Shown: positions 39,869 to 53,904 of the stretch, piece after piece
How positions within the stretch are numbered: the first letter of the stretch is position 1
How the letters are laid out: each line of letters opens with the position of its first letter
Assembly: GCF_009914755.1 (NCBI RefSeq)
Contig: NC_060937.1
DNA from: the human T2T-CHM13v2.0 reference genome, Homo sapiens
DNA length: 64,000 nucleotides
Strand: one strand, 5' to 3'
The notes under the pieces: model-generated
Told to the model about the DNA's origin: nothing
Database searches by the model: none
The model's input: only the letters and a program-made list of their open reading frames with translations
Program-made: the position numbers and the translations under genes

Positions 39869-40719
39869 AGTGACAGAATAAGAAAGAAAAAGTAAAGAAA
39901 GAAGAAATATCAGTACAATGCATAAGAATAAGGACAGAAAATAATAAGAGAATAATTGAAGATGACGCAGGTAAATTTCAGGAAAGGTATATCTGGCCAT
40001 TGCTTTCTAGTGAAAAGATTCTAATAATTATGACAGTTTCTATGTTTCCATTTGGCAGTCAGTATAATAGAGTGGAAAAACCTTTGGTTTGAAAGAACTG
40101 TATTCTAGTCATGTTTGTCACTGTCTAGTCAAATGATCACAGACAGATCATTTAACCCTTCTGTTTTCTTCCCAAGATAAAATAAAAACATATTTATGGC
40201 TTTTTTTGCTTTTTAAGAAGCTATGACTTTACATATTTCTGAATACATTTTAGTTAAAATGATTAATCAAAGTCAATATGGAAATTTTATTTTTAAATCC
40301 TTATATTTATTCTAATATTTGTGCATTTACTGCAAATTAGTCATATTTTAATTTTCTTGTTTATTCTTTTTTATATTACCCCAGTAGAAAGTGTTAACAC
40401 ATGAAAGTAGGTAGAACAACTGGTCATGCTTAATGTAACTGGATTTGTGACAAAAAAAGAATGCACTAAATTATTTTTAAAATGTTAGTTCAAGATGTTT
40501 CATTTAAATAGTTTCTTGAATTCCTGAGATGTATGTTCTTTTGAAGTGTAAAAGACTCAGTGAAGATCATAGGTTCAAGGCCTGGCCCTGATGTGATTGA
40601 AAGACTATATGCTTTTGGGTTCAAATAAGAGAAAATCCAACTAAATAGTGCCTTATACCTGTAATATGCCTGGAAGCTGGCAGTTGCTTATATAGCCTCA
40701 GCAATAAAATGGGATCATC

Positions 40720-41181
40720 CAGTGGAACTGGAGGATATTATGTTAAGGGAAATAAGCCAGGCACCAAAAGACAAACTTCACATATTCTCATTCATTTGTG
40801 GGAGCTACAAATGAAAACAATTGAACTGATGGAGATAGAGAGTAGAATGATGGTTACCAGAGGCTGGGGAGGGTAGTGGAGAGTAGGGGTGGTTAATGTG
40901 TACAGAAATATAGTTAGATAGAATGAATAAAATCTAGTATTTGATAGCACAACAGGGTGACTACAGTCAACAATAATTTACTGTACATTTGAAAATAACT
41001 GAGGATAACTAGAATGTTTGTAACACAAAGAAATGATAAATGCCTGAGGTGATGGATACCCCATTTACCCTGATGTGATTCCTACACATTGTATGCATGT
41101 ATCAAAATATCTCATGTACCCCATAAATATATACACCTTCAGTGTACCCATAAAAATTAAAAATTAAAAAGTTTTAAAAAA
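40720..41181 (+). mobile_element. 5'-truncated L1MA3-like
   Basis: L1MA 3' UTR; TSD AAAATGG(G/A)ATCATC. Confidence 0.86.
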
Positions 41182-41252
41182 TGGAATCATCAAGGAACCT
41201 GACTCTTTTCATCCTTCAACTTTGTCATCCTCAGTGGGCTTTTCATATTTTC

Positions 41253-41555
41253 TTTTCTTTTTTTTTTTTTTTTTTGAGATGGAGTCTTGCTCTGTCACCA
41301 AGGCTAGAGTGCAGTAGCGCAATCTTGACTCACTGCAGCCTCACCTCCTAGTTCAAGTGATCCTCCCACCTCAGCCTCCCAAGTAGCTGGGATTACAGGT
41401 GCCTGCCACCATGCCCAGCTAATTTTTGTACTTTTAGTAGAGATGGGGTTTCACCGTGTTGGCCAGGCTGGTCTTAAACTCCCACCCTCAACTGATCTAC
41501 TCACCTCAGCCTCCCAGAGTGCTGGAATTACAGGAGTGAGCCACCACTTCCGGGC
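41253..41555 (-). mobile_element. AluS
   Basis: Full dimer; TSD TCATATTTTC. Confidence 0.92.
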
Positions 41556-42043
41556 TCATATTTTCATAGTTGCACTTGTTCCGTGGTTGCAAGATAACTG
41601 CCACATCACCAGGTTTAAATCTTCACATCAACATCACAAACAGGAGGGGATAAACTACTACTGTATTCTTTTGGAGGAGGAAGGGAAATGCCAGGTTTCC
41701 CTGATGTCTCATTAGCTACAACTCCTTCACATGCCACCTCTGGACCAACCATTCACAGAAGAGAATGAGATTATTATGAATGGCCTAGACCAATCATATC
41801 TCATTCCTTGGGGCTATGTTAGGATCCCACATTGCCTGAGGTTAGAGGACCTCTGCCCATTGCAAAATCTAGTTTCTGTTTGCAGGGAGGAAAGATATAA
41901 TGACTACTGAATGGTCAACTCACAGAAAGACTTGTTACATCTATGAGATCTATTATGTATAAAATCTGGAGAAAGTGTTTAATTGCTGGTTGTTAGTTCA
42001 GGATGGATCGATTGCACAGGATTTTGAACTAATGCATAAACAC

Positions 42044-42349
42044 CTTTTTTTTTTTTTTTTTTTTTTTGAGATAGGGCCTCACTCCCATGGCCCAAGGTGG
42101 AGAGCAGTGGCGCGATCCCAGCTTACTGCAGCCTTGACTTCCCAGGCTCAGGTGATCCTGCCACCTCAGCCCCCGAGTAGCTGGGACTGCAAATGCTTGC
42201 CACAATGCTCAGCTAATTTTTGCATTTTTTGCACAGACAGGGTTTTGCCATGTTGCCTAGGGAGGTCTCAAACTCCTGGGCTCAAGGTGATTTGCTGCCT
42301 TGGCATTCCAAAGTGCTGGGATTATAGGCACGATCCACTGTGCCTGGCC
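42044..42349 (-). mobile_element. AluJ
   Basis: Poly(T) plus J-type CAGGCTCAGGTGATCC and CTCCTGGGCTCAAG. Confidence 0.9.
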
Positions 42350-45269
42350 AAGACCTGCTTTTTAAGACCTAAAAGACACCCTAAAAGATAACAAATGGAA
42401 TGCTCTATCTAAGGATGATTCAGAGACTGAAAGCTTCCAGTAAAATCATGTGTAAGACTGCAACTAACAAATGATTGCCAGAAGTAGATACTGAAGAGTG
42501 GAATGATTACTCCTACTTAAGTAGCTCACTCCCATTAGAAAACCGACATATAAGTTCTCCCGATGTCATTTTTTATATTTTCCCCTATCTACATGTATTT
42601 TTATTACTTATTTTCTCTTTAATCCTATTTCTGCATGGATTTCCCCCCTACTTTTCTTTGTCTACTAGACTATGACTCAACCTCTACTTGTTCTAATATT
42701 AAATACACAGCGCCACACATTTGATGCTTACAGTAGTTCATTGGTATTCTTCTGCACCTTCTTTAACCTCTTTCAAATATATGCTCAAATAATTAGCTCT
42801 TCTCCCACTGAAGCTGAGTTATCTCACTGATTTATATCACCCAGGCTTCTATCATCTTCCTTCACCCAAGACGCACACTTTGGTTTTCTCTGTTCTCTCG
42901 CTGTCTTCAGAAATATTTGTGACTGATATTGTGCCTTTGTAATCATGCAGAAGCAAGTGTAGACAAACAAAACCATATTTTCTTCCTACACAAAACTAGT
43001 GCTATGTATTGATCCTTCTCTCTGCTCACCTTGAACTCTTTCATTCTAATAAATTCTAGTCTCTACTTTTACATTCACACACTTTGACTCTGTATCTTGT
43101 TTATTTTCATTTTATTCTTTGCCTCTTTATCTGTCCAGCTAAGGCATATAGAGATGCTCAAGCAAAGAATGCATTAAAGCATAATTTAACTAGCTTCCAT
43201 GTGTCTAGCAGGTTCTATGGGGAGAGGAAAGCGTTGGAACATCTGGTATAACTCACTTTTTTGCTTCTAGAGGTCAAAGGGGATAGGACAGAAGAATAGC
43301 TGTTTAGTATTAGGTGTAAGGGAACCAATATAAGGTCAAGTGGAAATAGCTCCTTTTCCTAGACGCTGTTTCTAACTGGATTTAGGGAGAAAATAAAATA
43401 AACTGGAACAGTTTGGTTCTAAAGAGAAATATTTTTAAAAATCTACTTTCCCACCTCCTCTCCACATCATAAAAATTTTGATGGGATTCAAAGTGAAATG
43501 AAACGTTAGCAAAGATCTGGTGAGTCTGAGGTATTTCAAACATTAAGCCCGTCAATTTGGTACTGAAATGAATCTCTCATTTCTCTAAAAGGAGCTAATA
43601 TCAACCAAGTAGCTAACATATGCCAGGTACTGTGGTTTTATACTTAATCTCGTGTTTAATTTAATCCTCTGCTGAATTCAATCCTCCATTGCATTTCATT
43701 GTTCCTGATGTCTACATCGTAAAATCATAACAGGTCTTTTCTTTCTTATTATCAAAACAGCAATGCCTCATTAAATGGGAGCAAACAGGGTACTTGTTAA
43801 TTTACTTAATACATGCATATAGTTTATAAAAGTATACATTAAAGAATGCAAGACACTAAAGTTATCATGAGCATGTCTTAAAAATATGAAATTAAAGTGG
43901 AAGAATGTTTAGACAAATTGGCTAAAATCCTTATATTGTTCCCAACTGGTACATTTTTACAAGAAATCTATTAGAATTCAAAATTTTCCAAAATTAGTTG
44001 GAGGGATTATAACAAAAACAGCGTGCATCTTTCATTTCCTATATAAATTGAGGTAACTATCATTATATGAACTGGCTTTAAGCCAATGAATTGTAGCAGT
44101 ATTTACCTGATCACCCATCAAGGCTTTGAAACGGTGGCTGTTTGAATTCTTTGCATCTCTGGCTGTGTTAAATGGTATCTGTGAGCCATTCTTTGCCCGT
44201 CTTCTCACAGGGGACCCAATATGCACAGCTTTAGCAAGGGGACACCCCCTTCAGCTGCTCTGCAGCCTGCTCCTGTCCTCTGACCCCTAACTGGACTCTG
44301 GCTCCATGTCTTATCTCCCTCTCCATATTACAACTTTCTTTTGGCACAGGAGTGCTTGGCTGTCAATGTTTACTTGCGTGTGCCTAACACTGACTCTGAG
44401 CTTTGACTTCTGCCCAGTCCTCATGCCAACCTGGGTGCAACAACTTGTGAAATAGTCCACTGGTGATATTCGACACAGAGACCATGTGCCTCTTGGTGAA
44501 AAGATCAAATCGTTCCCCAAGTCTGACCTAGTGCTGGCTGAAAAGGCTGGGTTATATTCAGCAAACACAGTGACTGCAGTGTGTGAGCCTTCTCAAGGCT
44601 ATCGCTGGCAATTTAAAATGAGGCATGCTATTAGAAATGGAAATAACGGGTGGCAAAGAGTGAGTGAGTTAGGAGGCTGCTGAAGAATGTTTGTGGCTTT
44701 TGTTCAGATAAATCACCTATAAACAGTTTACCAGCTTCAAGAAGGTGGGTTATTTTGGCAATTCTAATCCAGAAGATACTTAGAAGATAATCGGATGCCT
44801 TTGGGAAGAATCAAAGAAGAAAAGGTTTTGTGCACTAATGTTACAAGTTCCTATAATGTGAAAGTATTAGGGATTGAAATTCATATTTGTGGAGTATTGT
44901 TGCTGCCTTGCGTTTCCTGGCTGTGCAGAGAGTACAAACCAGCCGTGGCTGGAGACAGCAATGCTTTTAATGATTTAGTTACCTTTTGGTAGCTTCAAAG
45001 CAAGAGTCTTAGATTGTATAGTTTATTCTCAGGAAATGGGTTAGTGTTTGGGAACTTTAAAAAAAAATCCATGTTATTGACTAATTATGGACGAAAGTAT
45101 TATTAAGAAAATAATATTACCCAAGAAAGTATTTTAATAGAATATGGCTATGACTTTCAATGATATTATAATATTTAGAATATGCAATTTATGATGTTAT
45201 TTGTGGCTGCAAGAGTTCTGTTCAGATAATAAAATAATAATCACTATTATTATGTATCTACTTTTCACC

Positions 45270-45540
45270 ATCTAACACTAACATTGTGAAAAGTACGTCA
45301 CAAATGTGATCTCATTTTTGTAGTTATTTTATTCCTGTTTTATAGATGAAGACATTGATCCATAAAAAATATTAAACAATTGCAGAGCTAGAATTAAAAT
45401 CCAGGTATATCTTATTCTATTTGTAAAATGGAGAGAATAATAACTAATACAGAGAGCAATTGTGATGATTAAATAAATCTATGTATAAAGAAGCATTCGG
45501 TAAGCTTTTAAAATGATATGCAACTGGTAGATGTTATTAA
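45270..45540. mobile_element. Two adjacent MIR fragments in opposite orientation
   Basis: TTTTATAGATGAAGACATTGA (minus) followed by TTTGTAAAATGGAGAGAATAATA...GTGATGATTAAATAA (plus). Confidence 0.5.
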
Positions 45541-46698
45541 TATTGCTGATAGGCTTAGAAATAAGCTACCACTCTTTGCCCTTGGATAACTTTTTGAAAT
45601 ATTGAAGTATATCCCTTTTACATATCCCATCCTCATACTGTGTAAATTAAGTAAAAGAGGAACTATAAGCTGACAAGAAAATGCCCCTGGATCATTGAGT
45701 TATGATGCAGAAACAAAAGATAATGCCTTGAATGGCGTTGAGGAGGAAGAGACACCATGAACATGAAGATTGTCTGGAGGGTGAGAAAGCCACTTGGGAG
45801 AAGGCTGCTTGCTTCAACTTCAGGCTTGCTAATTAGTTTTACAGAAAAGCAGCTGTGTTACACTGCCCAAGGGGTCAACAGCTGCACATTTTTCACTCCA
45901 CCTTTATGAGAGTCAAATTGTTTAAAAGCAAACAAATATTGCCATTTTTTTTTCTAGAAAGCAAGTGGCAGATCCACTGCTATAGTCCTTTGCCTTCATC
46001 CTTATACAGCACATAATTTTTTAACATCCACATTTACACCTATAGACACTGCAAACCACAACCATTGATATTTATGATGATGAACTCTCAAATCCCTTCT
46101 AAAAGCGTAATTACGCCCTATATGATCTGCGCAAGAAGAAGAAAGTACATTATAGAAAGCATAGAGTATATTATAAAAATGGTTTTCATGGGAAATAATT
46201 AAAATGTTAACATTCTGCTCTCTGCTTTCAATGTCAGTGTCCGGAAATATATTTAATTAATATTTACATATCACTATTATTAGCTGTTAAAATAATAGCT
46301 TACAATTTATAAAGGCTTTTATATATTTAACACACTTAACAATCTTGGGAATTGGGCATTATTATCGTTATAAATTTTCAACTTCTTTAAGAATACAATA
46401 CCAGAAATATACTATCCTTCCTCAAAGGAACTGATATTCATTCTCCTTAATGTAAACCACATATATGTACCCTTGTTTTGCCCTGCATTCCCTGGCTTCT
46501 AGGAACCTCAGATTCTAATACAATGAGTATGTTTGGCCATTATATCAATCTTTGTAGTTAGCATGCTTTCTCTCTTTCTTTGTTCTGGTTTTCTATTTCT
46601 GTTTCATCAGCCTCAGATGATTATTGCATATACAAATTTTCCTAATCTGCTTCACATGTTTGAAAAAGGGTGGTATGAGAGAGCCAATAAATAAATGA

Positions 46699-47044
<346 letters not shown>

Positions 47045-48099
47045 TGAAGTTACATGAGCAAATTATAAAGCTCGTAATCGACAAAGCTGGGCCTTCAAAC
47101 CAGGTCTCCTGATGCCAAATCCCATGTTGTTTCCAGAAGGATCCATCTCCTGAGAATAGGGGAGTTAAGATTTTACTGAATTAATGCCTTGCTCAAAGAG
47201 TGAAACTATCACATTTTCTGCCCAAGTCTGGTGCACTGTTACCTCCACTATCTTCTTGAGGGTCCTTAAGCTCCTAAAAAGGAAACACAAAGGAAGGCTG
47301 CTCTTGGCATTCTCAGACGTTCCACACATCCAGTTAGGAGACTGGGCATGTTTAAAAAAGTAGGCAGTGAGCGGAGGGACTCTGGAACTTCAATTTAGCT
47401 GCTAAACACATTCCCTCCCATCTCATTCTAAATAGGAGGGAAAACCGCTTCCTCCCAAACAGTCTATACATCTTTGCCTGTGGAGGCATTGCAGCAGCTG
47501 CCACCCGGTTCTCCCTGCAGCTCAGCATGAATTTTTCTCTTTGTTGGAAAGATGATATAAAAAGTCAATGTATTATTTATAGTAGTTATTTTCATCATTA
47601 CATATTCACAATAATTGAAAGGTGGAAGTAGAGTATAATGAAATGGAATGGAAAGAAAATTGTCTCCAGTAACTTCAGAAACATTTGTAGGAAATGTTCA
47701 GCTGCTAAAAAGACTCCCACAAAATACAAAAAAACAAACACTGGATCTTAAAATACCATGTAAGCCACCCACATCTGCAAAGAATTATTTCTGTTGCTAT
47801 TTATTTGTCCAAAGCAATATAGTTAGTGTATAATAGAACCTGAGGGAGAATTCTCAATTCCCTCCATGTTGAAGGGCTTGTAATGAAGTTGTTTACTCTC
47901 AGAGTGAGCATAACTTCTGATAATTGGCCCACCATTCTAATGAGGCTAAGACAGTAGGTTTTATTCTGACATTACTTCAGTCCATAATCAAGCACTATAC
48001 CATTGACCCCAGCCAAATGGCTATCAAATATATGTTTCAACTACAAGGAGAACTGGTTGAGACAATGTAGATGGATCAATCCAAATTTATTTTCCTCAC

Positions 48100-48100
<1 letters not shown>

Positions 48101-48144
<44 letters not shown>
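48101..48144. repeat. (AC)22 microsatellite
   Basis: Perfect dinucleotide run. Confidence 0.97.
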
Positions 48145-48147
<3 letters not shown>

Positions 48148-48309
48148 ACTGACATGTGTTCCCAGTGCTGTCTTCATCTACAAAAGATAGTGTACATTTA
48201 TCAGATATCAACAAGGTATTTTCTGTAAAAAGGCACTAAACTGTAGGTTTTCCATGTGTGATATGGAATATATGGATTGAATAGCACAAAAAAACCCTTT
48301 ATTGGGAAA

Positions 48310-48840
48310 GAGGCTTTCAGATAAAAGTAACAGAAAGATCTTAAACACTAATAAAAATATATTATTCTATATAATAAGAAGTTTGGAGACTCTTATCAGA
48401 GTGGCTCCAATGCCAATTGATGTCATGGCTTAATGATATAATTGTAGCTGAAGTTTGCCCCATCTTTTGGCTGTTAACGCCCCTGTAGACTTCACCACAG
48501 TCCATCTGCCTTCATGGTCATACAGTGTTGGCACAGTTCCAGATATCTTATGCTTTCACAATAAGATCAAATGGAAAAAAGATCTCTTTCTCTCCATGAG
48601 TCTTTTTGATGAGTAGTGAAACCTTTATCTGAAGCCATCCCACAGATTTCCCTTTGTGTTTCATTGGCCAGAATGCATCACGTGCCTTTCCCCATACCAC
48701 AGGCAATTGGAATGAGATGGCCCGGGTTGACTAAATAAAGTCAAGAAGAGCATGGGCGACCTGAATAAAATTTTAATTCTGCCCAAATGGAGGAAGCAGA
48801 GTAATTGATGTTGGGGTGGCAATAAAAAATACCTGCCTCA
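48310..48840 (-). mobile_element. MaLR LTR (MLT1K-like), in the 3' LTR position
   Basis: TTTCATTGGCCAGAATGCATCACGTGCC...CTGAATAAAATT...GGAGGAAG...GGGGTGGCAA; abuts an internal-region end motif. Confidence 0.6.
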
Positions 48841-49292
48841 GGTCCACCCTTTTTCTGATCAACATCTAAATATATACCCTTCGTCCTATTTGTACTTGGA
48901 AAAAGTGCCCACGTCTACATGAAATACGCCCGTACCTCTCTGAAGGAACCCACAGTCTCATCAGACAATACCCATTCTGAGATTCTGGGGCTTTTAATTT
49001 TGACTTTTTCCATCATGGTGTGTGAACACATAGCTTAGAAACAAGTTTTTATTACTAGCATATCCAATAAAAATAGAATAAATGCTTCCCCTAAGCTTCC
49101 CTCACTCCCAAATCAACTCCAATTCTGAGAAGGAGACAACTGGAAATGATTGACAATCATCACTGGTCCATAGCACTTAAGTTCTTGAGAGCAGCAAGGA
49201 CTTCCTACCATGCCAGTGGAGAAAGGAACCTTTTCACTCATTTGTACAGCTCCAGTTCTAGTCTCAGGAATAGTTTTTCTTTTCTTGGTTGT

Positions 49293-49738
49293 TGTAGAAA
49301 TGGCTAACTTCTCTCCGAAGCTTCTTTCTTCCTTCTTTTGGGCATGCAGCTGGGCCACCTTTCCCAGCCCTTCTTGCATTTAGTTGTAGCCATCTAGACT
49401 GAATTCTATCTTATAGAATATTAGTGGAAGTGCCATGCATCACTTGTAGGCTGGGCTCCTAAAACCACCAGCCTGTGTGCTTATGTGCTGTTGTTTTTCC
49501 CCTTTCCACCTCAAGGCAGTGGAGATAGCTGATAAACTTAAAATATGTGTGTTGAATGTAGTACAACAACTTCTTTCAGCCTGGATCCCTGCATTACCAG
49601 ATGGATGAAGCCTGCACCACCCACCTTTTCACTTGCTCAGTTCTGTTACATGAATAAGAAATAAATTCCTGTTGGGGTTTGAGACATTTAAAGATTTGGT
49701 CTTTTTGTTATGGCAGTTACCTTATCCAGACCAATATA
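49293..49738 (+). mobile_element. MLT1I/J-like solo LTR
   Basis: TTTCCCAGCCCTTCTTGCATTTAG, CAGCCTGGATCCCTG, AGAAATAAATT and TTTGTTATGGCAG. Confidence 0.7.
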
Positions 49739-50283
49739 ATTCTCCTTTATGGCAATACTGAAGATGAGTATTGGGGAAAATGCCCTTTCTGGGGTTATAT
49801 AGCTTTAGTATTTTATATCCAGTTGGTGGGAGTTTAGGAGCTCAGGGAATTGCCTTACTGTCTGAGAGATCATAGGCCATTGTTTATTAACCTTGGCCTT
49901 TCCTTGGTAATACAATTCCTGTACGAACTCAATAGGCTTCAGGTGCTTCCAGTCAATTCCATGGGCTAATAACACAGCCAACGATCTTTTCTAGAAATAG
50001 ACTGTGAGTCTGAGAATTCCTGACTCCATTCCAGGGACTTCTACATGATGCCGGTCCTCCTAGACCTCAGATTAATGACCTCTGCCCTGAGTCAATTTAA
50101 AACAATAACCTCAGGTGGGAAGGCAATACCCATAATCCAATCTTTGCCATCTTTGTCAGGCAGAAATGACTTTATAAAAATTGTTTAGGACATGTCTGGA
50201 AGATTAGGCTTGTCTATTGGCTCAAATTTATCTGCTGCTGCTAAATTTCTTGCTTCCCTCTTTAAGATGGTACAGTCTTAGTC

Positions 50284-50509
50284 CTTTTTTTTTCTTTCTT
50301 TCTTTTCTTTTTTTTTTTTTTTGAGATGGAGTCTCGCTCTGTTGCCCAGGCTGGAGTGCAGTGGCGCGAACTCGGGCTAATTTTTGTATTTTTAGTAGAG
50401 ACGGGGTTTCACGGTGTTAGCCAGGATGGTCTCCATCTCCAACCTCATGATCTGCCCACCTCGGCCTCCCAAAGTGCTGGGATTACAGGCGTGAGCCACC
50501 ATGCCTGGC
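50284..50509 (-). mobile_element. AluY/Sc-like with most of the right arm deleted
   Basis: GTGTTAGCCAGGATGGTCTC diagnostic; junction CTCGG|GCTAATTTTT; TSD TGGTACAG(T/C)CTTAGTC. Confidence 0.9.
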
Positions 50510-50780
50510 TGGTACAGCCTTAGTCTTAACTTACTTTCCCCATGGAACCCACTGAAAGGCATTCACTGATGTTCCTGCCACTGCCCCTAAGCCCGATGTC
50601 TCCCTAGGCCCATGGTCTGTGTTCAAGAGCAACAGATGGTTTAACTGATTGCTTTATAACCTCAAAAAAGTCACAACTTTCCAGCCACGTCTCTCAGTGC
50701 TTTCTACAGCACCTCTTCCATTTACGCATTTGCTCATTTTAGTTTGTTACTTTCAGCATCTCACTTCTGGTTCAAACATC

Positions 50781-51330
50781 TGCATCAGTAGGGTTTTTAG
50801 TTGCTAGAATAAGGAACCAAATCTATTTGATTTAAGGAGAAATTGAATTTACTAAAAGGATATTGGATATAAATCATATGAGATGAAAAACCACGATCAG
50901 AGGATATGTGGTCAGTAACAATGGCACAAATCACTTGCAGAACTGGCTGGGTGAGAACACAGCTTCCACTGCCACTAACCACAGCACCCTACAACTCACA
51001 CTGCAGATGCCACAAGCATGGAGCCCCGGGTGCTGCTACTGTCACTGCCACCAGTACTGCTTTGGGAAATTAATCTTGCTTCCATAGCCCCTGCCACAAA
51101 AATAAATTTTTTTTACCATTGCACATTCAGATCCCAATATAAATTCTGCAAAGTTGCATCCTGTTGGCTGAGCCTAGGTCTTGAACATACTACTGACCCC
51201 CAAGGGAGGCTGCAAAAATGAGGATATGGCATTTGTTTCTAACTCTAACTTATAAAATGGGAACTCCCTCAGTTAGAAAGTGGCTCAGATGTAGGGAAGC
51301 CAGAAAGAATGACATGTATGTCCCACTGTC
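50781..51330 (-). mobile_element. MaLR LTR (MLT1N2-like), in the 5' LTR position
   Basis: TAGTTGCTAG...GAATTTACTAAAAGGATATTGG...TTGGCTGAGCCTAGGTC. Confidence 0.6.
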
Positions 51331-53189
51331 CTTTTCAGCAATTTGGAAATGTACTATCCAAACTTCTATTTTCTAATAGAGAGGTAAAACTTACAATCCA
51401 TATCAGTTCATTCAACAATATCTTGTGCTTCCCATGGGTCAGACTCAACAATAAGTTGATATTCTGAGCTTTTCATGCCTTTGAAAAGGAGAGTCTCTTT
51501 TTCCTGAATCTCACCTCTGATGCTTCCAGGGGCATCCCTGAGATGAGACCCAATCCAGGGCCCAATATATTTCTTCAAAAGCTTGAGCCATCATTAAGAG
51601 TTTTCCACTGGGAGGTGCATATCTGGAGACTATGTAATTGTAATTCCAATCTACCTGGGTTGGAATTTTATGAGAGACACCAAGACAACTTCTTAACAAA
51701 GTTTACATATGAATGTGGAGCAAAGGCACCAGAGGGCTAACATTAGCTGTCCTGATACTTGTGGCTCAGCCTGAGCCAGGCTTCAAAGCACTTGTCCCAG
51801 TGGTTCCTTAAAACCTTGATGCCAGCTAATTCCAGGGTGCCTCATAACACATCATCCTTGCCAAAAAGGAACTCCTTGGGCTATCTATTCTTTCCATATT
51901 TTTATGCCAAGGATTTTCTGTGTTTCCTCTCCCCTGGGCAGCCTCCTACTATTCAATTCTCTTGCAATATTTTATATTTCCAAGAAATTCCACTTCATGA
52001 TGAACAAAAATTCCATCATCTTAATCATCTTCACAGAGGACTCATTACAACTTCTTGAAATTGATTTAAACCTGGTTTTCTCCCAAGCATACAATTTCCC
52101 TTAGCCATTTCAACCTAACTTATTATTCCTCCTTATCAGCATTGTGTTGGTGCATGTGTGTGAGTGATATGGAGGGGGAGAGAATCCCCAGTGCTAGTTC
52201 CAAAACATTGTTCCTCCATCATTGTATAAATACTCCTTGCCCTGTGAGAGTTGAACTCTACAACTCTACTACCCTCTGTGCTTCCCAACAGACAATTTTC
52301 TACAAATACATAAAATTTTTCATTTGACTGACATTCTTTCTCTTTACCCCAGGTCTAGACATTATCCCGGAAGACTTCTCTGTCTAACTTTGGCAAATGC
52401 GCAACATTCTAGCCTCATGGTGCCCTGTCTTCCTCACCTCCAATAACTTATAACCCTCACCCCACTCCATACCCATGATCGTTCAGTGGGTGTTTTCTTC
52501 CCCAGGGATTGCTTTGGCACTGAAACCTTCAGCTCAGACTTACCATTTCCTCATCATGAGCTCCTGTTCTAGTATTTTCCCTCATTATATCCACTGCACT
52601 GATTTTTTGTCTGCATTGAGACATTCAGGTGCTGAATCTCGATTTTCTCTCAATTTTGTTAGCCTCTTTGGATTTTCATTTCCTTCCTTGTCCAATCTGA
52701 ACTCAAGGACCTGCTAACTCATATTCTTATTTATACCGTCAACTTTCTTGCCTCATTTCACTTACACTTTTTTCTCTCTCCCAACTGCCCCAGAAAACCT
52801 CTGCTTTATATCAATCTGTCTGCTTTGTGAGCAACTCTACCTAGGTCCATATGTTAGGTGCTTAATAAATATTGAATTAATTAAATTAATTACACTTGCT
52901 GCATTGGATATTACCCTTGCCTCTCACCATTGTAGAAATGAATATTTTAACTTTCTTTGAGTTACTGGGAATCTGCCACAGTTGTTTCCCACTATGGCCA
53001 GTTCTAAAGAATCTTCCTTGATCTTCTCTAACAGTGCATTATTATTAATGGTCAGCTACCGGAAACCTAATTTATCTGAAGTAAATTAAGTGTAATTATG
53101 AATACATTTTTAGTAACTTTTCTGTTCTACGATAGGGAAGGAAGGTACAAAACATGAAAATTGACTTTACATCATCAGAGACACATAGA

Positions 53190-53770
53190 GCCCAGAGCAT
53201 TGAAGCTGAGTCTTGAACTCTGAATAGAAGGTCTTCTGAGAGGGAAGGTGAACAAGAAATTTTAGGCAAAATTATATGTAAATTCAGAAGGTGTGAAAGT
53301 GTATGGTATGTGTGGAGAAGGGCTGAGGAAGGCAAGCCACATTTTATAAGTGCCTATTTTTGCCAGCCCTGCGTAAAGCACTTTATATATATTACCTAGC
53401 AAGCAGTTCAGTGAACTTGAAAATAGGGAGCCTGGAGGACGACGGTGATGGAAGGTGGTAAAATGAGGCCAGAAAGTTACCATATTGCAAGGTTCTGAAA
53501 AACCTTACATGAAATTTAAGGCTTTTAGTTTTACTTATAAGTTATGGGAAGTCACTTTATTATTTTAATAAGAAATGACATGATCATATTTATATTTTGG
53601 GAAGATCACTGGTGACAGTAAATTAATGAAGAAGCCTGAAAGTAAAAAGAATAATCAGAAGCCTTTGTACGAGTTCAGGTGAGGGAAGGCCACAGTGGTG
53701 CCGATGGAGAAGAGAGGCCAGACAGACTTGCAGGAGGGAAGCAGTGGATTTGTGGTTTAAGTGGGAGAGA
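53190..53770 (-). mobile_element. L2 fragment
   Basis: TGACATGATCATATTTATATTTTGGGAAGATCACT...CAGGTGAG pattern. Confidence 0.5.
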
Positions 53771-53904
53771 AAAATTCAAACTATGAAAAACTTTTGATGC
53801 TAGGTAATTCATTTTGGTCTTTTAATAAGAATTCCTACTCCAGAGGATTTTACATCACCAAATGTTAAGAAGCTAATATATATAATACATTACAGTAATA
53901 AATG

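Larger units (their letters stand above)
40600..41940 (-). mobile_element. Old MaLR LTR (MLT1K-like) split by an L1MA and an Alu
   Basis: CATCAAGGAACCTGACTCTTTTCAT...GGTTGCAAGATAACTGCC...GTCTCATTAGCTA...GGCCTAGACCAATCA pattern. Confidence 0.55.
48841..50780 (-). mobile_element. MaLR internal sequence (MLT1-int) with a nested LTR and a nested Alu
   Basis: The minus strand starts GATGTTTGAACCAGAAGTGAGATGCTG and ends AAAAAGGGTGGACC, resembling recalled MaLR-internal termini. Confidence 0.5.
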
